Positions 50,768 to 64,000 of a stretch of DNA of 64,000 bases are shown here, one piece after another. This DNA comes from Azolla caroliniana (Eukaryota > Plantae > Polypodiophyta). A model generated the notes under the pieces. That model had not been told where the DNA came from and searched no databases. It worked only from the letters and a program-made list of their open reading frames with translations. A program made the position numbers and the translations under genes. The stretch's first letter is position 1, and every line of letters begins with the position of its first letter. The stretch spans positions 19,716,001 to 19,780,000 of the forward strand of contig JBHGNT010000006.1 in NCBI GenBank assembly GCA_043228905.1, written 5' to 3'.

Positions 50768-53551
50768 GTTTGTTTCCATCTCACTTGGAATAGACTGAGT
50801 TCTCAATTCTTAAACATGTGTGAATATCTTACAATATATTTTCCAATCATTAGAATCCATGGCTAGTTGGAGTAAACGAGTTATTCACGCTTTGATAAAT
50901 GAGTCAAAGGTGTGGTCATAGCACACACAGAAATGGAAAAGGAGGTAGTATAAGGAGAGACTCCAGAGAAGTTATATACTTCTGAATGCATTAGCTGTGG
51001 GGCTAGGAAGAAGAGAAGTAAAGCTATGTTTCCCATACGTATGAGTTCAGAATGACAGTCCATATGTTCCAACAGTTTTAATTCCACAAACATTTCAGAC
51101 ATTTTAGTGGTTTGGAAATCCCATTAAGGAAGCTTTTAGTCAACCAGCACACTAGAAATTTCTTACTCAACAAATAGTGTTGTGAGCATTGAAATGGCAC
51201 TTAAGAGGAACAAGGTTCCCAATCGATGCACCATTTTCTCAAACCTAGAAAAAATCAATTAGCACAATAATGGTGAAATGATCCCACAAACCTCAAAAGG
51301 AGATCTTCTTCCTCTTTCGCCCAGCGCCCTAAGTGAGTTCCATCTTCTAAGAGTAAATGAGCACGATAACGGATGGCTTGCTGTGGGCGGTATGGTAGAC
51401 ATGTTCCTGTACAAGTCAACTTTATTGCATATGCAGCTTTATGTCTGAATAAACAAGCTTTTTAAATCTTACTTATGATACTCCAGCAATTCATGGCATC
51501 TTTGTGTTTTCTGCAATTCAAAACTTTCTGCAAACCATCATTTTTCTCCCAACCTTTTTCCTAGAGTCAAATCCAAGAGTCGATTTTAGTTGAGATCCAT
51601 CTACAAGAACATGTGTGCAAGTTCTCCTATTCTACTGCCATACACTATAGTGTATAAACATATGCATGGCCAGACCAGTGTGTCAAATGCTATACATAGT
51701 GTGAACATTGGGGATAATCGTTTCTGTGAGACACAAATAGGAGAGGGAATGAAATGCTTCATGTTCAAGAAAAGGCCGTAATGGCATTCAGGACAGTAAT
51801 ACTCATCTAAAACATCACTGTAGCTCATTTTTTCGAGAATTTATTATGACTTCCTAAGTTATCACTTCATGCAATGTTATTTACTATGGACATTGCGATC
51901 AAGCATGGACAAGAACTCTCTGAAAACGAATATCTACTTCTCTCTGAGAGAGATGATGCATTCATCAAGAACAAATGCATTAGCAGGATGTTACTCTACT
52001 AATTTATGTACCTTGATGTAATCAAATACTGCCTTCTTGATTAATTCATCTTCTTCTGGAGCAAAGCGGGCACCCCAGATTTCTTCATCGTTATATTTCA
52101 TGACAGAATCAACACCTTCCACATTGGAAACTCCAACATCACTTGGGACTTCATTCATTACTTGATCTTGAAAAGATACCCTTTTCTTCTTACTCTTAGC
52201 ATTCTTCTTTGTGTCAGTGTCTCCACGAAGATTGCTCTTTGGCGTAGCATCAGAACTGCTATTATAAATATTTTCTCGATGTGAGTCTTCCCCATTTGCT
52301 AGCATTTCCAAAGTATTTCCTTTTCTCCTACTAGAACCATCCACCTCATCTTTCCTTTTATCCTTTGAGGCATCACTTTCTGCTTTTTGATGGGTAATAT
52401 CCTCAGTAGTAAGAGAAATCCTTGAATCAAGTTGATTTCTTTTATGTTTCTTGGATTTCTTTTCCAACTTCGTAAAGCTACCTTGTGCTGTAGCTTCTTC
52501 ACCATGGCCACAAACAATGTCATCATTCCCCTTCTCCTTCTTCTTTTCCTTCTTTCTTTTCTCATTCTTTTCATCTGAGGGATAATTATTTCCAATTGAT
52601 GGAGCCACAGAAGACTTATCTAAATCCGAGAGAGCTGGTAGATCTTCTCCTTCACTCTTTCTTCTCTTTTTCTTCTTCCTTTCCTCTGATAGTTCGATCA
52701 AACTTCTTCCTTCACCTCGCTGTTCTGGTAGATCATGTAAGATTCCCTTTTATCTCATTCTTTCCATCTAAAGAATAATAATCATCTTCAAGTAAACAAG
52801 AGGGACTTACCTGCACTCGAAAAACCCAAAGTAGCCTTTTCATCGTCATCATCTTCCACTGCTTCTACTTTTTCTACATTTCTTCTCTTCTTTGTCTTCT
52901 TTTCTGTTATTACAACATTTGAAATTCCTTTTTCCCCTCGATTCTCTACTAGCTTATCTGAATCTGACAGAAAAGATGCATTTTCTTCTTCATTTGTTCC
53001 TCTTGTCTCTGTCTTCTTCCTCTTCTCGGCTGACACATCCGACAAAATGCTTTTCCCACCTCGCTGCTCTGCTAGATCATGCAAAACAAAATCCTTTCTG
53101 TAATCCTCCACACATCAGACTTACCTTCAAGCTATGGTGAATCAAAGAAGTTACCTGAAACTGATGGAAAATATGCATTCCCGTCTTCGTTCTTACATTT
53201 CTTCTCCTTCTTCTTCTTCTTCTTCTTATCTGGTATATCATTTGAAACATTTCCTTGACCTAGCTTCTCGGTAGAAACCTCCTCTGCGCTCTCCTCTTTC
53301 GTATTTTTCTCTTTCTCCTTCTTCTTCTTCTTCTGCTGCTTATCTTGCTTCATATCTTTCTCTTTCTCTTTCTCCTCCTCCTCCTCCTCCTTCTTCTTCT
53401 TCTTCTTCTCCTCCTCTTCCGCAGTATCCTTCTTCTTTTCCTTTTTCTTTTCCTCCATCTCCGCTGTATCCTTCTTCCTCTTCTTCTTCTTCTTCTTCTC
53501 CTCTTCCTCTTCCTTCAAATCTGCGTCGTTGCCCCGCTCTTTCCTCGCCAT
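48896..53551 (-). CDS. Myb-domain protein of the TTF-I/Reb1/DMP1-like type with a K/E-rich N-terminus. 3' exons: ..-52012, 51560-51473, 51406-51292, 50568-50459, 49737-49628, 49560-49484, 49402-49328, 49251-49189, 49043-48896; 5' exon structure uncertain
   Basis: GARFAPEEDELIKKAV, LPYRP, GRWAKEEEDLL, HKWKEFSQLLGR, GKWTQEE, DDISWEKI and EEVDWDNIL motifs; eight GT-AG introns whose phases sum correctly to the stop. Confidence 0.88.
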
Positions 53552-53583
53552 CGCCCCTGCGTTTCTATTGGAATTCTGCTAAT

Positions 53584-53881
53584 CTCTTTCTGAAGGTTTA
53601 GAAGAAGAAGAAGAATTGCGCAAATTACAAAACTAGCCCCACGTTTTATGCTAATTCCCAACATACCCCTCATATTTCTGAAATTCCCAACATACCCCTC
53701 ATATTTCTGAAATTCCCAAAATACCCTCCCGCCCCCCCCCCCTCTTTCTGAAGGTTTAGAAGAAGAAGAAGAATTGCGCAAATTACAAAACTAACCCCAC
53801 ATTTTATGCTAATTCCCAACATACCCCTCATATTTCTGAAATTCCCAAAATACCCTCCCGCCCCCCCCCCCCCCCCCCCCC
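53584..53881. repeat. ~140-160 bp tandem duplication immediately upstream of the Myb gene, with poly-C tracts
   Basis: CTCTTTCTGAAGGTTTAGAAGAAGAAGAAGAATTGCGCAAATTAC... at about 53584 and 53742. Confidence 0.85.
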
Positions 53882-54802
53882 AAGGGCCAACCTTTTTTCT
53901 TGTGGTGGACAAGATGTTTCATGGCTGGATTTCTTTCTTTCTTCCAGGAGCGTACGAACATAGATTTGTAGAGAGAACACACATGATTGTGGCTCAACGG
54001 ACTTGATCAATCCAATCAAGGGAATGCTCTTGCCAACACCAACGATAATTCAATGACAGATCCATCCAACCCAAAGGTATATACATGCATGTCCCCAACG
54101 CTCAATGGGTTGTTCGGTGCTAAGTGTGATGACCCAACCGACACACTTGAAAATTAACATCGAATTATTGTGGTTACTAAAGAGTGGAAGGTTACAACTA
54201 GCAAATGGTGAATTGTGATGCCATGATGGTGTGATGTACATTGTAAAGTTAGTAGTGAGGTTGTAGAGCCTTAACATTTGTATGGTTGCAAAGCCTTTTT
54301 AGACTGCATGCATAGATCATGGATTGTAAATTATGATGTATAAGGGGGGGGGGGGGGGGGGGGGGGGGTGGAGGGTTCTAGCCTGTTAAATCTCAAGTAG
54401 ATCAACACTTGTCATAGGAAATAATCTAACCATGTCTGTTATCGACGTTGTTCATCCATTTCTCTTTGTTACTTGTCTATTGTGTTTCGCTTTTGATCCA
54501 TCAAGTTGTTGGATTGTGCATAGTCCATTTTGTTTTGGTTCGACTCGACCTCATCTTGATTTGCATTGTCCTCCTTTGGTCCAGTCGTCACCTTCCTCTA
54601 ACATGCTTATGTTCACACATTGTCTTTGAAGTCCATATCAATATGTTTCTAAAATGGTTCATGTCCACCCCCCTGATTGATGCAAGAAGAATGCAAAGTC
54701 AAACAATGATCGTTTATGATTTTGAATTGACAAAAAAACCCAAATATAGTTGAACACAAATAGTTCTTTTGAAGGAAGAGGTGTATGGAATATTATTACA
54801 AG

Positions 54803-55884
54803 TGTTGAGCGGACAAGCTCAACCGGATCCGAATCGGCTGAATAAGCCAGAGCCGGATCGGATTGTAATCGGTGGGTCATTAGAGGCTTATGGTCCTAGC
54901 CTAGTACGAAGGCATATTTTTAGGAGTCAGTGCTAGTCACTCGTATGAGCATTGAAGTACATGTCAGTACTTCTGTCAATCCTTTTAAGGACTTGTATAA
55001 AAGTGCTCACTGAGCACATTGTATGTATAGAGTGTAATTTTTTAAATTGAGTTTTATGTTGTTCTGCCCTCTCTATCTCTCCCACGTATATTGCAAGCTC
55101 TCCATTAAACCTATTTTTTTATTCTCTGTTGCTATCCGGTAAAGCCAATTCAGTCCACAAGCTTCCGCACGTTATTTCTACATGGTATCAAAGCGCAAGG
55201 GTTGAGAACCTCTACTACCGACCAATGATTTCCATAAATGAACCCTAACTTCTAGAAAAAGAGCAAACTAAAGAAAGATATGGACAAAAGCATGGCAGAC
55301 TCGCTTCCTACAGAAAAGCTCGACCGAAGCAACTATGCATCTTGGTTGTACAAAATGCACCAGTACCTGATGGGGCACAGATACTAGAGCTACGTGGAAG
55401 GAGCGAATGAAGTAGCGCCGGATCCGGCACACAAGGACTTCTAGGCATGGGAACAAGGAGTGAGCAGAGTGTTGTACTACATCGCATCATGTGTGCACGA
55501 CCAGATGTTGGGCTACATCAGAGACGCGAAGTTGTTGAAAGAAGCCTAGGAAAATCTAAAGAATATTTTCACCGCCAGCACCATGGCCCAGAAGTTCCAG
55601 CTCCTGCAAGAGCTTAACAACATCCAACAATGGCATACTGACTACCCCACGAAGACAAAGGAGATATATGACATGTTAGGGTCCATCAATGTGATGGTGG
55701 AAGAAGACGAGATGGTCCAGATCTGCCTTAGTGGTCTAGCACAACGGTACGTGCCAATCTGGACAAAACGATTTGCACCCAGGAGAATCCGTCGACCTGC
55801 AATCGATGTTGATGGTTGAAGTAAACCACGTGAATGGGTCAAGGACCACTCAACTTGGACAACCGGATGTTGTACACGGAGGAA
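54803..55884 (+). mobile_element. Truncated Ty1/Copia element I (5' LTR 54803-55182, PBS from 55183, decayed gag)
   Basis: TG...CA LTR, TGGTATCAAAGC, gag EKLDRSNYASWLYKMHQYL. Confidence 0.8.
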
Positions 55885-56294
55885 CTATAATTAGGTCACA
55901 ATACTATTGAAGATTCCAGGAGTGACAAAGTTCAACAATTAATATGTCACTACATACATTTAACAATGATTCAAACAATATATATACAAGACTCCAAGAG
56001 AGGTAAAGGTCAAGAATAGATACAATAAATAATTGTAAATTTTGCCGTCCTATTGATAGAGTTATGTCTTCCTATTGATTGTTAAACACGGACACTGTAA
56101 CATATGTACCAACGATTTATGCATTTATCAAACGATTGACTCATACACGTATCTATATAAAGCTAAGCAACAACATATGTACTTATGAAATATATGACAC
56201 AACTTAAAATGACATCAAACTATACTATATATTCGAACAAACGAGTTAAGTAACCAAATCATAGTTGCTTGCATTAATTAAGTCAATGAGTTCC

Positions 56295-59200
56295 TGTTGA
56301 GTGATAAGCTCAACATTGGGTGCGTAACACAATGTGTAACCTAGTGCGTAGACTAGGTGCGTAAAACAATACGCATAACGTGGCCGTATTGGTGCGTAAA
56401 CCGAAAGGCCGTTAGTATGGTATTCCTCGTAAGGAATAAATTTGGGAGTTAGTGTAGTAGGCTCATTTATGAGCAATCAAGTACTGTTAGTACTTGTGTC
56501 AGCCCGGTAGTCAGGGCTTGTATAAAAGGTGCTCACTGAGCACAAAGTATGTATAGAGGGTCATTATATTGAAATAGAACTGAGTTGTCTGCTCTCTCTC
56601 TCTCTCTCCCTCTCCCTCTCCATCTTTGCGTTTTCTGTGTTTTTTACCAAACTGTCATTCTCCGAACTGTGTACTCTATGTTTCGCATACGCTTCCGCAC
56701 ACGTATTCTTTTACATGGTATCAGAGTGTGAGGGTTGAAGTCCTCTGCAGCCGACATAAAAGCTTACGACAGAGACATAGTTGAGTTGGTATTCTTGGCT
56801 TTCGGAAAAGATAAGACAACAACATGGACAAAGGAATGGGAAGCTCGCTACCGATTGAGAAGCTCGATAGGAGCAACTACGCATCTTGGTTGTAAAAGAT
56901 GCACCAGTACCTGCTTGGTCATGGCTACTGGAGTTATGTCGAAGGAGATAATGATACAACACCTAAATCGATACATAGGGATTTTTCGCCTTGGGAACAA
57001 GCGACAAGTAGAGTTCTCTACTGCTTTGCGTCCTGTGTGAGTGACCAGCTATTGAGCCATATTCGGGATGCTAAGATGCCAAAGGACACATGGGCGAATC
57101 TCAAGAAGATTTTCGCCACTAGCACCACAACCAGGAAGCTTCAAGTCAGGTAGGAGTTGAGCAATGTTCGACAATGAGATATGTCGGTGGCTGATTACAC
57201 CTCCAAGATCAAAGAAATCTACGACTCTCTCGCCTCCGTTAACGTGAACGTCGAGGAAGATGAGATGGTGCAAGTTTGTATTAGTGGGTTAGCGTCAAAG
57301 TTCGGAGCGTTCCAAACGGCGATCTGTACGAGGGAGAACACGCCTACATTCTTCGAGCTTCAGTCAATGTTGCTCGTGGAGGAAAATCACGCGGGTGCGT
57401 CAATGAGTACGCACGTTGACGCCAAGATGTTGTACACGGAGGGAGATAGGCCCCGTGGTTGTGGTGGACGATGCGGATTGACGCGTAATGGAGGCGGCCG
57501 AAAAGAGCTGAATAGACGGCATAATCGAAATGTCGGGAACAATTCCGAACCCTCCGGAAGCAGGGGGAGTCATGGCGGCGCCGGAAGCCGACAAGATAAG
57601 GCTCCAACGGAATGCTGGTACTGTGGGAAGAAAGGCCACATGGAGAGTGAATGTTGGAAGAAACAAGCCGATTTGGACAAAGCTGGACCAAACGGGAGAG
57701 ACGTAGGAAGGCGTCAAAAGTTGCACTACGTTGAGGACTCCGAACGAGCCAGAAATGGATCGGGCCCTGCCTTCGTAATGAAGCACAAGGCCAATTCAAT
57801 GGTCGTGAACACCTCGCAATTGAGCGAGGTGTGATATGTTGATTCCAGAGTGTCAAATCATATGACGAGTCACGAGGAATGGTTCTCATACTTGGAGAAG
57901 CCGGAAAAGCAAGGGGTAGGCGAAACGGGAGATGACACCCCGCATACCATCGAACATGTCGGTGAAGTTCCCCTCAGCCATGTCGGGCAGAAAGGGAAAC
58001 TCTTGAACGTGCTACACATCCCGACAATAACCAAGAACCTTGTGTCGATCGGACAGACGTCGACCAAGGTATGCAAGTTCGATTCACGCATCTTGGCTGC
58101 TTCATAGAAGAGGAGGGCAAAGTAATCGCGAAATGGCGCCGTGAAGGGAGGATGTTTATCCTCGAAACCAACAATGTCGGCACCGCTATGTTTGCGAAAG
58201 GGCAGAAGGTCGAGTCGGACATCGACCTATGGCATAAGCGGTTCAACCATATTAACTTCCCACGACTTCGTGAAATGCAGACGAAGAATGTTGTGTTCGG
58301 CTTGCCGAAATTTTGAGGCCGGAATGGCCAAGTCTGCGAAGCTTGCCAGATGGGAAAACAACACCGACTTCCATTCCCCAACGAGCATAATCGTAGTCGA
58401 AATCTGCTGGATTTGATCCATTCGGATGTGTGGGGTTCGGCACAAAATGTGAGTCTCGGTGGAAGCCGTTACTTTGTAACCTTCATCGACAACTTCACTC
58501 GGCACACATGGGTATGCACGATCACGAAGAAGAGTGAAGTCTTCGCATGTTTCCTGAAGGTGAAGAGCCTTGTGGAAAGGGAAACAAAGCATAAGATCAA
58601 ATGCCTACGGTCCAATGGTAGGAAGGAGTACTTCTCCGACCAATTCACAAGTTATCTATAGAAGGAGGGAATTCGACGCGAATTCTCGTGTAGGTACACG
58701 CCGCAACAGAACGACGTGGCCGAGCGGATGAATCAGACAATCGAAGAAGCGGCTAGGGCAATGCTTGCAGAGAAGTATATGCTGAAATTCTATTGGGCTG
58801 AAGCCGTGAGGACGGTTGTCTACTTGCAGAATCAGATTTCTACTAATGGAGGAATGTCGCCACATGAATTGTATTTCGGGAAGAAGCCGAACTTGGCACA
58901 CTTGAGGATTTTCGGTAGCATTGCATATGTGCATGTGCCGAAGGAAAAGAGGAGGAAGTTGGACGCCAAAGCCGAAAAGTGCATCTTAGTCGGCTATCCA
59001 AACGAGCAGAAGGGGTATAAGTGTTATCACCCCTGAACAAAGGAAGTGCGCGTAAGTCGAGATGTCTTTTTCGACGAGTCCGCTTCGTGGTACTTGCCTT
59101 CCGTTCCACTACCTCATGACTCCATTCCGAATTCTGAAGAAGAAGTCAGTGAGGTTGAGATGCCTCCGCATGATGAGGACATCGGAGCTCTGAGAGAGAG

Positions 59201-60150
59201 TCCGATCTCATTTCGGCTGAGAGGGCCAAATGAGGGGTTGGACCGAAATGGCCAACCAAATGAAGAGACGACAAGTAGTGAAGACTCAGTTGTGATGTCC
59301 CCGCGTAAAGAACCGAGGAGACGGTTTACGCACAAGGAGAAAGGGAAGAAAAAGATGTCAGAGTACGATTTCGAATGCCGAGTCAGATCGGAGCGAGTCT
59401 GACTACGGGCAAACTGAAAAGGAACCTCCACGGAAGAGGTCGACATTAGCCGAAAAGGTCGTGAAATCAGGTAATCACGAATTACGCTAATCTACCCGCT
59501 TGAAAAACCCCGTAAAGAGATATGAGTATAATGAGTATATGGCGCACCATTACGTGTACATGACACGAGTGGCGGAAGTGCGTGAGCCAAAGAGCTACGT
59601 AGAAGTGGTGAAAGACACAAACTAGCGTGCCGCGATGGAGGAAGAGATGCGTGCTTTGACTGATAATGAGACTTGGGACTTAGTTGACGCACCGAAGGGT
59701 GTAAAGCCGATCGGATGTAGGTGGGTGTATAAAATGAAATACAATACCGACGGCTCAGTCAATCGATACAAGGCTCGTTTAGTTGCGAAAGGCTACGCAC
59801 AGAAGCATGACGTGGACTACGACGACACCTTTGCACCTGTCACAAAGATGACTACTGTGTGTGTTCTGCTAGCCGTAGTTGTGGCAAAGGGGTGGCACTT
59901 ACATCAGATGGATGTAAAGAACGTGTTCCTACAAGGTGATCTTGAGGAACATATGTACATGGTACAACCCCCCGAATTTTATCCGAACGAAACACTTCGG
60001 CAGTTTGCCGACTGAAGAAGTCACTCTGCGGACTTAAGCAAGCCCCGCGAGCCTGGAATGCAAAGATTACGCAACAATTGTGTAGGATGGGGTTTACGAC
60101 GTCGAAATTGGACTCTTCACTATTTGTTCGGCAAGGTCAATATGAACCAG
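56295..60150 (+). mobile_element. Ty1/Copia element J (5' LTR 56295-56715, PBS 56716-56727, gag-PR-INT-RT pseudogene) interrupted in RT
   Basis: CWYCGKKGHMESEC knuckle, IHSDVWG integrase, YKARLVAKGY/QMDVKN RT; many stops. Confidence 0.92.
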
Positions 60151-60247
60151 TGTCGTGTTGTTACGCTCTCGCGTGTGAAATGAGGCAGGACCGCGGGGGC
60201 CCTGAACCAAGGAACGTGAGAAAGGAAAGGGAGAGCGATTCGTATAA

Positions 60248-60309
<62 letters not shown>

Positions 60310-63300
60310 GAAGATTCAATTACAATGTCACCAACGATTACAATCGGCAAACCGACAACAGACCCAAAACGGGGGGGGTCCCACGTGCACACATGGACGA
60401 CACAGAGAACACACGATGGAGCCTCCGCTGGAAGCACACGGGCTTACACGCAGTAGAGGCAACCTACACAGAGACGTAGTGGAGAGCAACCGTAGAGGAG
60501 GAGAGAGCTCGGTTCCCAGTCCGACAACACTCCGTCCTCGCCAAAACGCGATACTTATCTCCTTCTTCTCCCTTCCCTTTTATAGGTCGCCGAGGAGGCC
60601 GTTACATCAAAACATATCGACTTTATTCTCTGTCCTTTTGGACTGAGATACGCATCGGTTCCCTAGACAATTAATACCCTTCCTAGTACATAGGTACATC
60701 CGCCGATCTATTCCTAGCTATGTACAATTCATAAACACACATACACGCAAAAAGGATTGGGTCACGCTTCTTCCCCTTGATTCCTCCTAGGGGCGGTTTT
60801 CTCCATGACATCCACCCCCATCAAACCGCACGTCCACTGGTACGTGCTAGGTAGGAACAACCTTGTCGGAAATAGGCCCTAGTTCACTCGTCTTTTTTCG
60901 AACCCTCGCCTTCCCCGATTCGGGCATCGCCGCCGCCATCGCTCACTGGGTCCGGTTCATCCTCGTGCCGCTTCTTGAACATCTTGACCCTCTTGCCGGC
61001 CACCGGTACCGCTATCCGCGTTCAATCGAGCTCCGCGAGATGATACGTGTCGTTGTCGTTCGCGCTTGTCACCGTATAGGGCCTGAACCATCTCCTCGCA
61101 AACTTATGCACCGCCTTGTGCTGATTATCAAGGCTACTGTCGTACACCAACACCCAATCGCCTTCCTCGATCTTCTTTGGTCTTAGTCGGTGTGTTCAAT
61201 CGAACCGGCCTTTGTTCCTTTCACGCGCCGCATGCAGTTTCGCCATCGCCTGCCCCACGTCCTCCGGTCGTCGCTCGAGCTGCCGAATCCGCACCGCCAG
61301 CAACTCTTCCCGACTCATCTCGTCCTTCCAGTCCACCCTGACCCACGAAGTGATCGTCCGTTCCACCGACATAATCGGTTTTTGCCTGTACATCAACTAC
61401 GCGGCATGAACCCTGTCTCCGAACTGTGCGTAGTCTGGTCCGTCCACAACACGTAGGGTAGAAGCCGCAGCCAATTCCCGACCTGCCCTTCACACGCTCG
61501 CACCAAAGCCTTCACGATCGGTCTGTGTCCACTTTCTACCTTCCCGTTCGCCTCCAGATTGTATGTCGTAGTGAGGGAGAGCTTGATCCCTAACCGGTCG
61601 AACAACTCCTTAGCTTCCTATGCGTCCAACTCTCCCCGGTCCACCACGATTTTCCCTACGCATCCGTACCGACACACTACCTCTTTGATCGGGAACCGGC
61701 ACACCGCTGCAGTCGTCTTGTTTGTCAACGTGCGACCTTCCACTTGGTTCGTTAAATCTTCCCACGCAAGCACCAGATACCACATTTGCCCTATCCCCAT
61801 CGACATTGTCACTAAGTCCACCATCCATTTGAAGTGGATGGTCGGCGGGTAGGTTGGGTGCAACTCGTCTCGATGACGGATCATGGAGTGCATCTGACAG
61901 TTTTCACACGTCGTCATGAATTGGTACACATCCCGGTACAGCCCTGGCCACCAATACTTCTCTTTCAGTTTCTCGAACGTGGCCCAGGTCCCGCGGTGTC
62001 CGGCCCAAGGACTCTCGTGGTACGCCATTAACAAGTTGTCCTGCTCGTCCTCTCTTACCACTACGCGGAGTGGAACGCCGCCTCGCTTCTTTGGGAGCCT
62101 CCATATGTTCTTGTCTCGTAGGAAGAACCAGTAAGCTTTCTTTCGGATCCGGTTAGCCTCTTCCTTTGTCCACGTTGCGTTTGGTGTCATTGTCTTCAGG
62201 AACCTACCGATCTGGAACCACTCCCCGTCGTACTCGCCTTCATGGAATTCATGAAGCGCCGGAGGGCTCCTTTCCCTCGTTATGTATGTCGTCTCGAAGA
62301 AGTCTACGCCGACTTCCTCGTCCTCCGAAACCATGCCGTCCTCATCGTCGAACCGCGCTCTCGAAAGCATGTCGGCCATGGCGTTGTCCTTCCCGGAGAT
62401 GTGCCGTATCTCCGGATTTAGGGACTTGATGTACGCGATCCATCTGAGCATTGCTAGGTCCGGAGTTGCGCATCCGAAAATCATACCAAGAATCGGTAGG
62501 CAGTCCATCTTGATTATTACCTCCATCCCTATAAGATAATCTTTGCCGGCCTTAATCGCTGAAACGATACCCCATAGTTCGTGCTTAACTTGGGCGTATC
62601 CTCGTTGTCACTCACTGAGAACCTTCGCCCCGAACCGGATCGGGAACCGCGCGCCGCTCTCGTCCTCCTGATTGATCACCCATCCGATCCCGGTCGGGTT
62701 GGTGTCAACGGTTACGTAGATGGGGACCTCCTTGCCATAAACCGCCTTCCTGAGAGCCGGTGTTGCGGTAAGCGCCTCCTTCAGTCTCTGGACCGACTCC
62801 GTATGCTCCTTGCCCCGATCAAATTTGCGCCCCCTTTTTAGCAACCCGTAAAGTGGTTCCGCGACATGTGCGTAGTGCAGAATCCAGATGTGGTAGAACG
62901 CGCACGCACCCAAGAACCTCTGCACCTCCGTAACCGACTTGCACTCTTCCATCGTTGTAGAGATGGCTTCTATCTTTGCCGGAGATGGTTTCCGGCCGTA
63001 GGGCCTGCACAAGTGACTGACCACTAGGATCTCTGATTGGCCGAATGTTGATTTCTCCCCGGAGAAGGTGAGTCGTGCGACCTCCAGTCTTTGCAGCACC
63101 TTCTCGCAGTCATTAATGTGGTCCGTGACGAACCTCCGGCATCCGTCCAACCCAACCACCTCGTCCTTATGCTCCACTGGATATCCTTTGATCGGGATGT
63201 CATCTAGGAATGACATGGTGATGTCCGGGATGTAGTCCCTTAGCACCTTGTTCATTGCATTCACCATGTGCGCCACCGAGTTTGTCCCTCCTTGCGGGAG

Positions 63301-64000
63301 GGTACACATCTGCACTAAGCTGAGAGGGGTCCGCATCGTCATGATATCCCTGCTTTCTACGGCTAGTTGGAACTGATCGTACCCCGAGTACAGATCACCA
63401 ACCGAATAGATTGACCTTCAGGCGAAGGCTTCCGCGAACTCGTCTATCGTTGGTCCGATACCTGCATTACGAATGGTCACCCTGTTGACCGGTTGCAGGT
63501 CTTGAATGAAGCACAACGTGCCGTTCTTCTTTGGCACGGTAAACCACCGGTTCAAATATGGGGCATTCGATGGTTTGAGGATGACCATCTCCACCTTCTG
63601 CTTCAGTAGCTCCATCAACTTCGGGATGTAAGCTTTGGGTACCAGAATTGGCTTGAGATTCCACGGCACATGTGGCACCGTGAATATCACCATCGACTCT
63701 ACGATCTTCGGGTCAATGCACCCGATCTCCTCCGGCGAGAATGCGAAGGCTCTCCCGTGCCTTCCGAGCATCCTCCGAAACCGGTCCTCCTCCGCCAGTA
63801 GTAAAAACCCACCCCCACCAACCTTGAGCTCCCGTAACGTTATGTCGGTGAATCGCTGCCCTATGCCGACCGGTTGACGTAAACTTGGGTCCGACGCGAC
63901 CCCCTTTATCAGCTCTTCGCTACCCTCCGGCAAGGGTGCCGCGACTGGCCTCACCTTCTAGTCCACAGTCTTGTACTTGGTATCCACAAGGGCCGTCCGA
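60151..64000 (-). mobile_element. Ty3/Gypsy element K, 3' part: decayed RT-RH-INT, PPT and 3' LTR (60151-60810)
   Basis: IQDLQPVNRVTIRN, LPQGGTNS, FLDDIP and GHRGTWATF match element A; PPT GGTTTGATGGGGGTGGA; LTR TGTCATGG...CACGACA. Confidence 0.95.

Noticed and set aside
55905-56239. Possible solo LTR between Copia I and J
   Set aside because: Ends in CGAACA but has no convincing TG start or TSD

Overview
Eukaryotic, land-plant genomic DNA (spliceosomal introns, AG/CT microsatellites, heavy C>T decay). The TE families look like a non-seed plant such as a fern, which is an inference. Positions 1-36.2 kb and 54.8-64 kb are deeply nested, decayed retrotransposon blocks. They hold seven insertions of one tRNA-Trp-primed, chromodomain-less Ty3/Gypsy lineage, seven tRNA-iMet-primed Ty1/Copia insertions, one APE-RT LINE and two orphan pseudo-ORFs. 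Between them is a gene island with two convergent host genes: a 3-exon DUF506 gene (+) behind a dense G-box/ABRE cluster, and a TTF-I/Reb1-like Myb gene (-), separated by nested hAT MITEs. The most interesting signals concern the Gypsy lineage. All seven host junctions are CpG-centred 4-mers or their deamination products, and a 4-bp ACGT TSD is visible at a solo LTR. One LTR family carries an antisense tRNA-like A-box/B-box module. The elements share a covarying hairpin just upstream of the PPT and a U5 motif complementary to the tRNA-Trp primer body. One member is a gag-only non-autonomous element. No prokaryotic systems or CRISPR arrays are present. All coordinates were read by eye.
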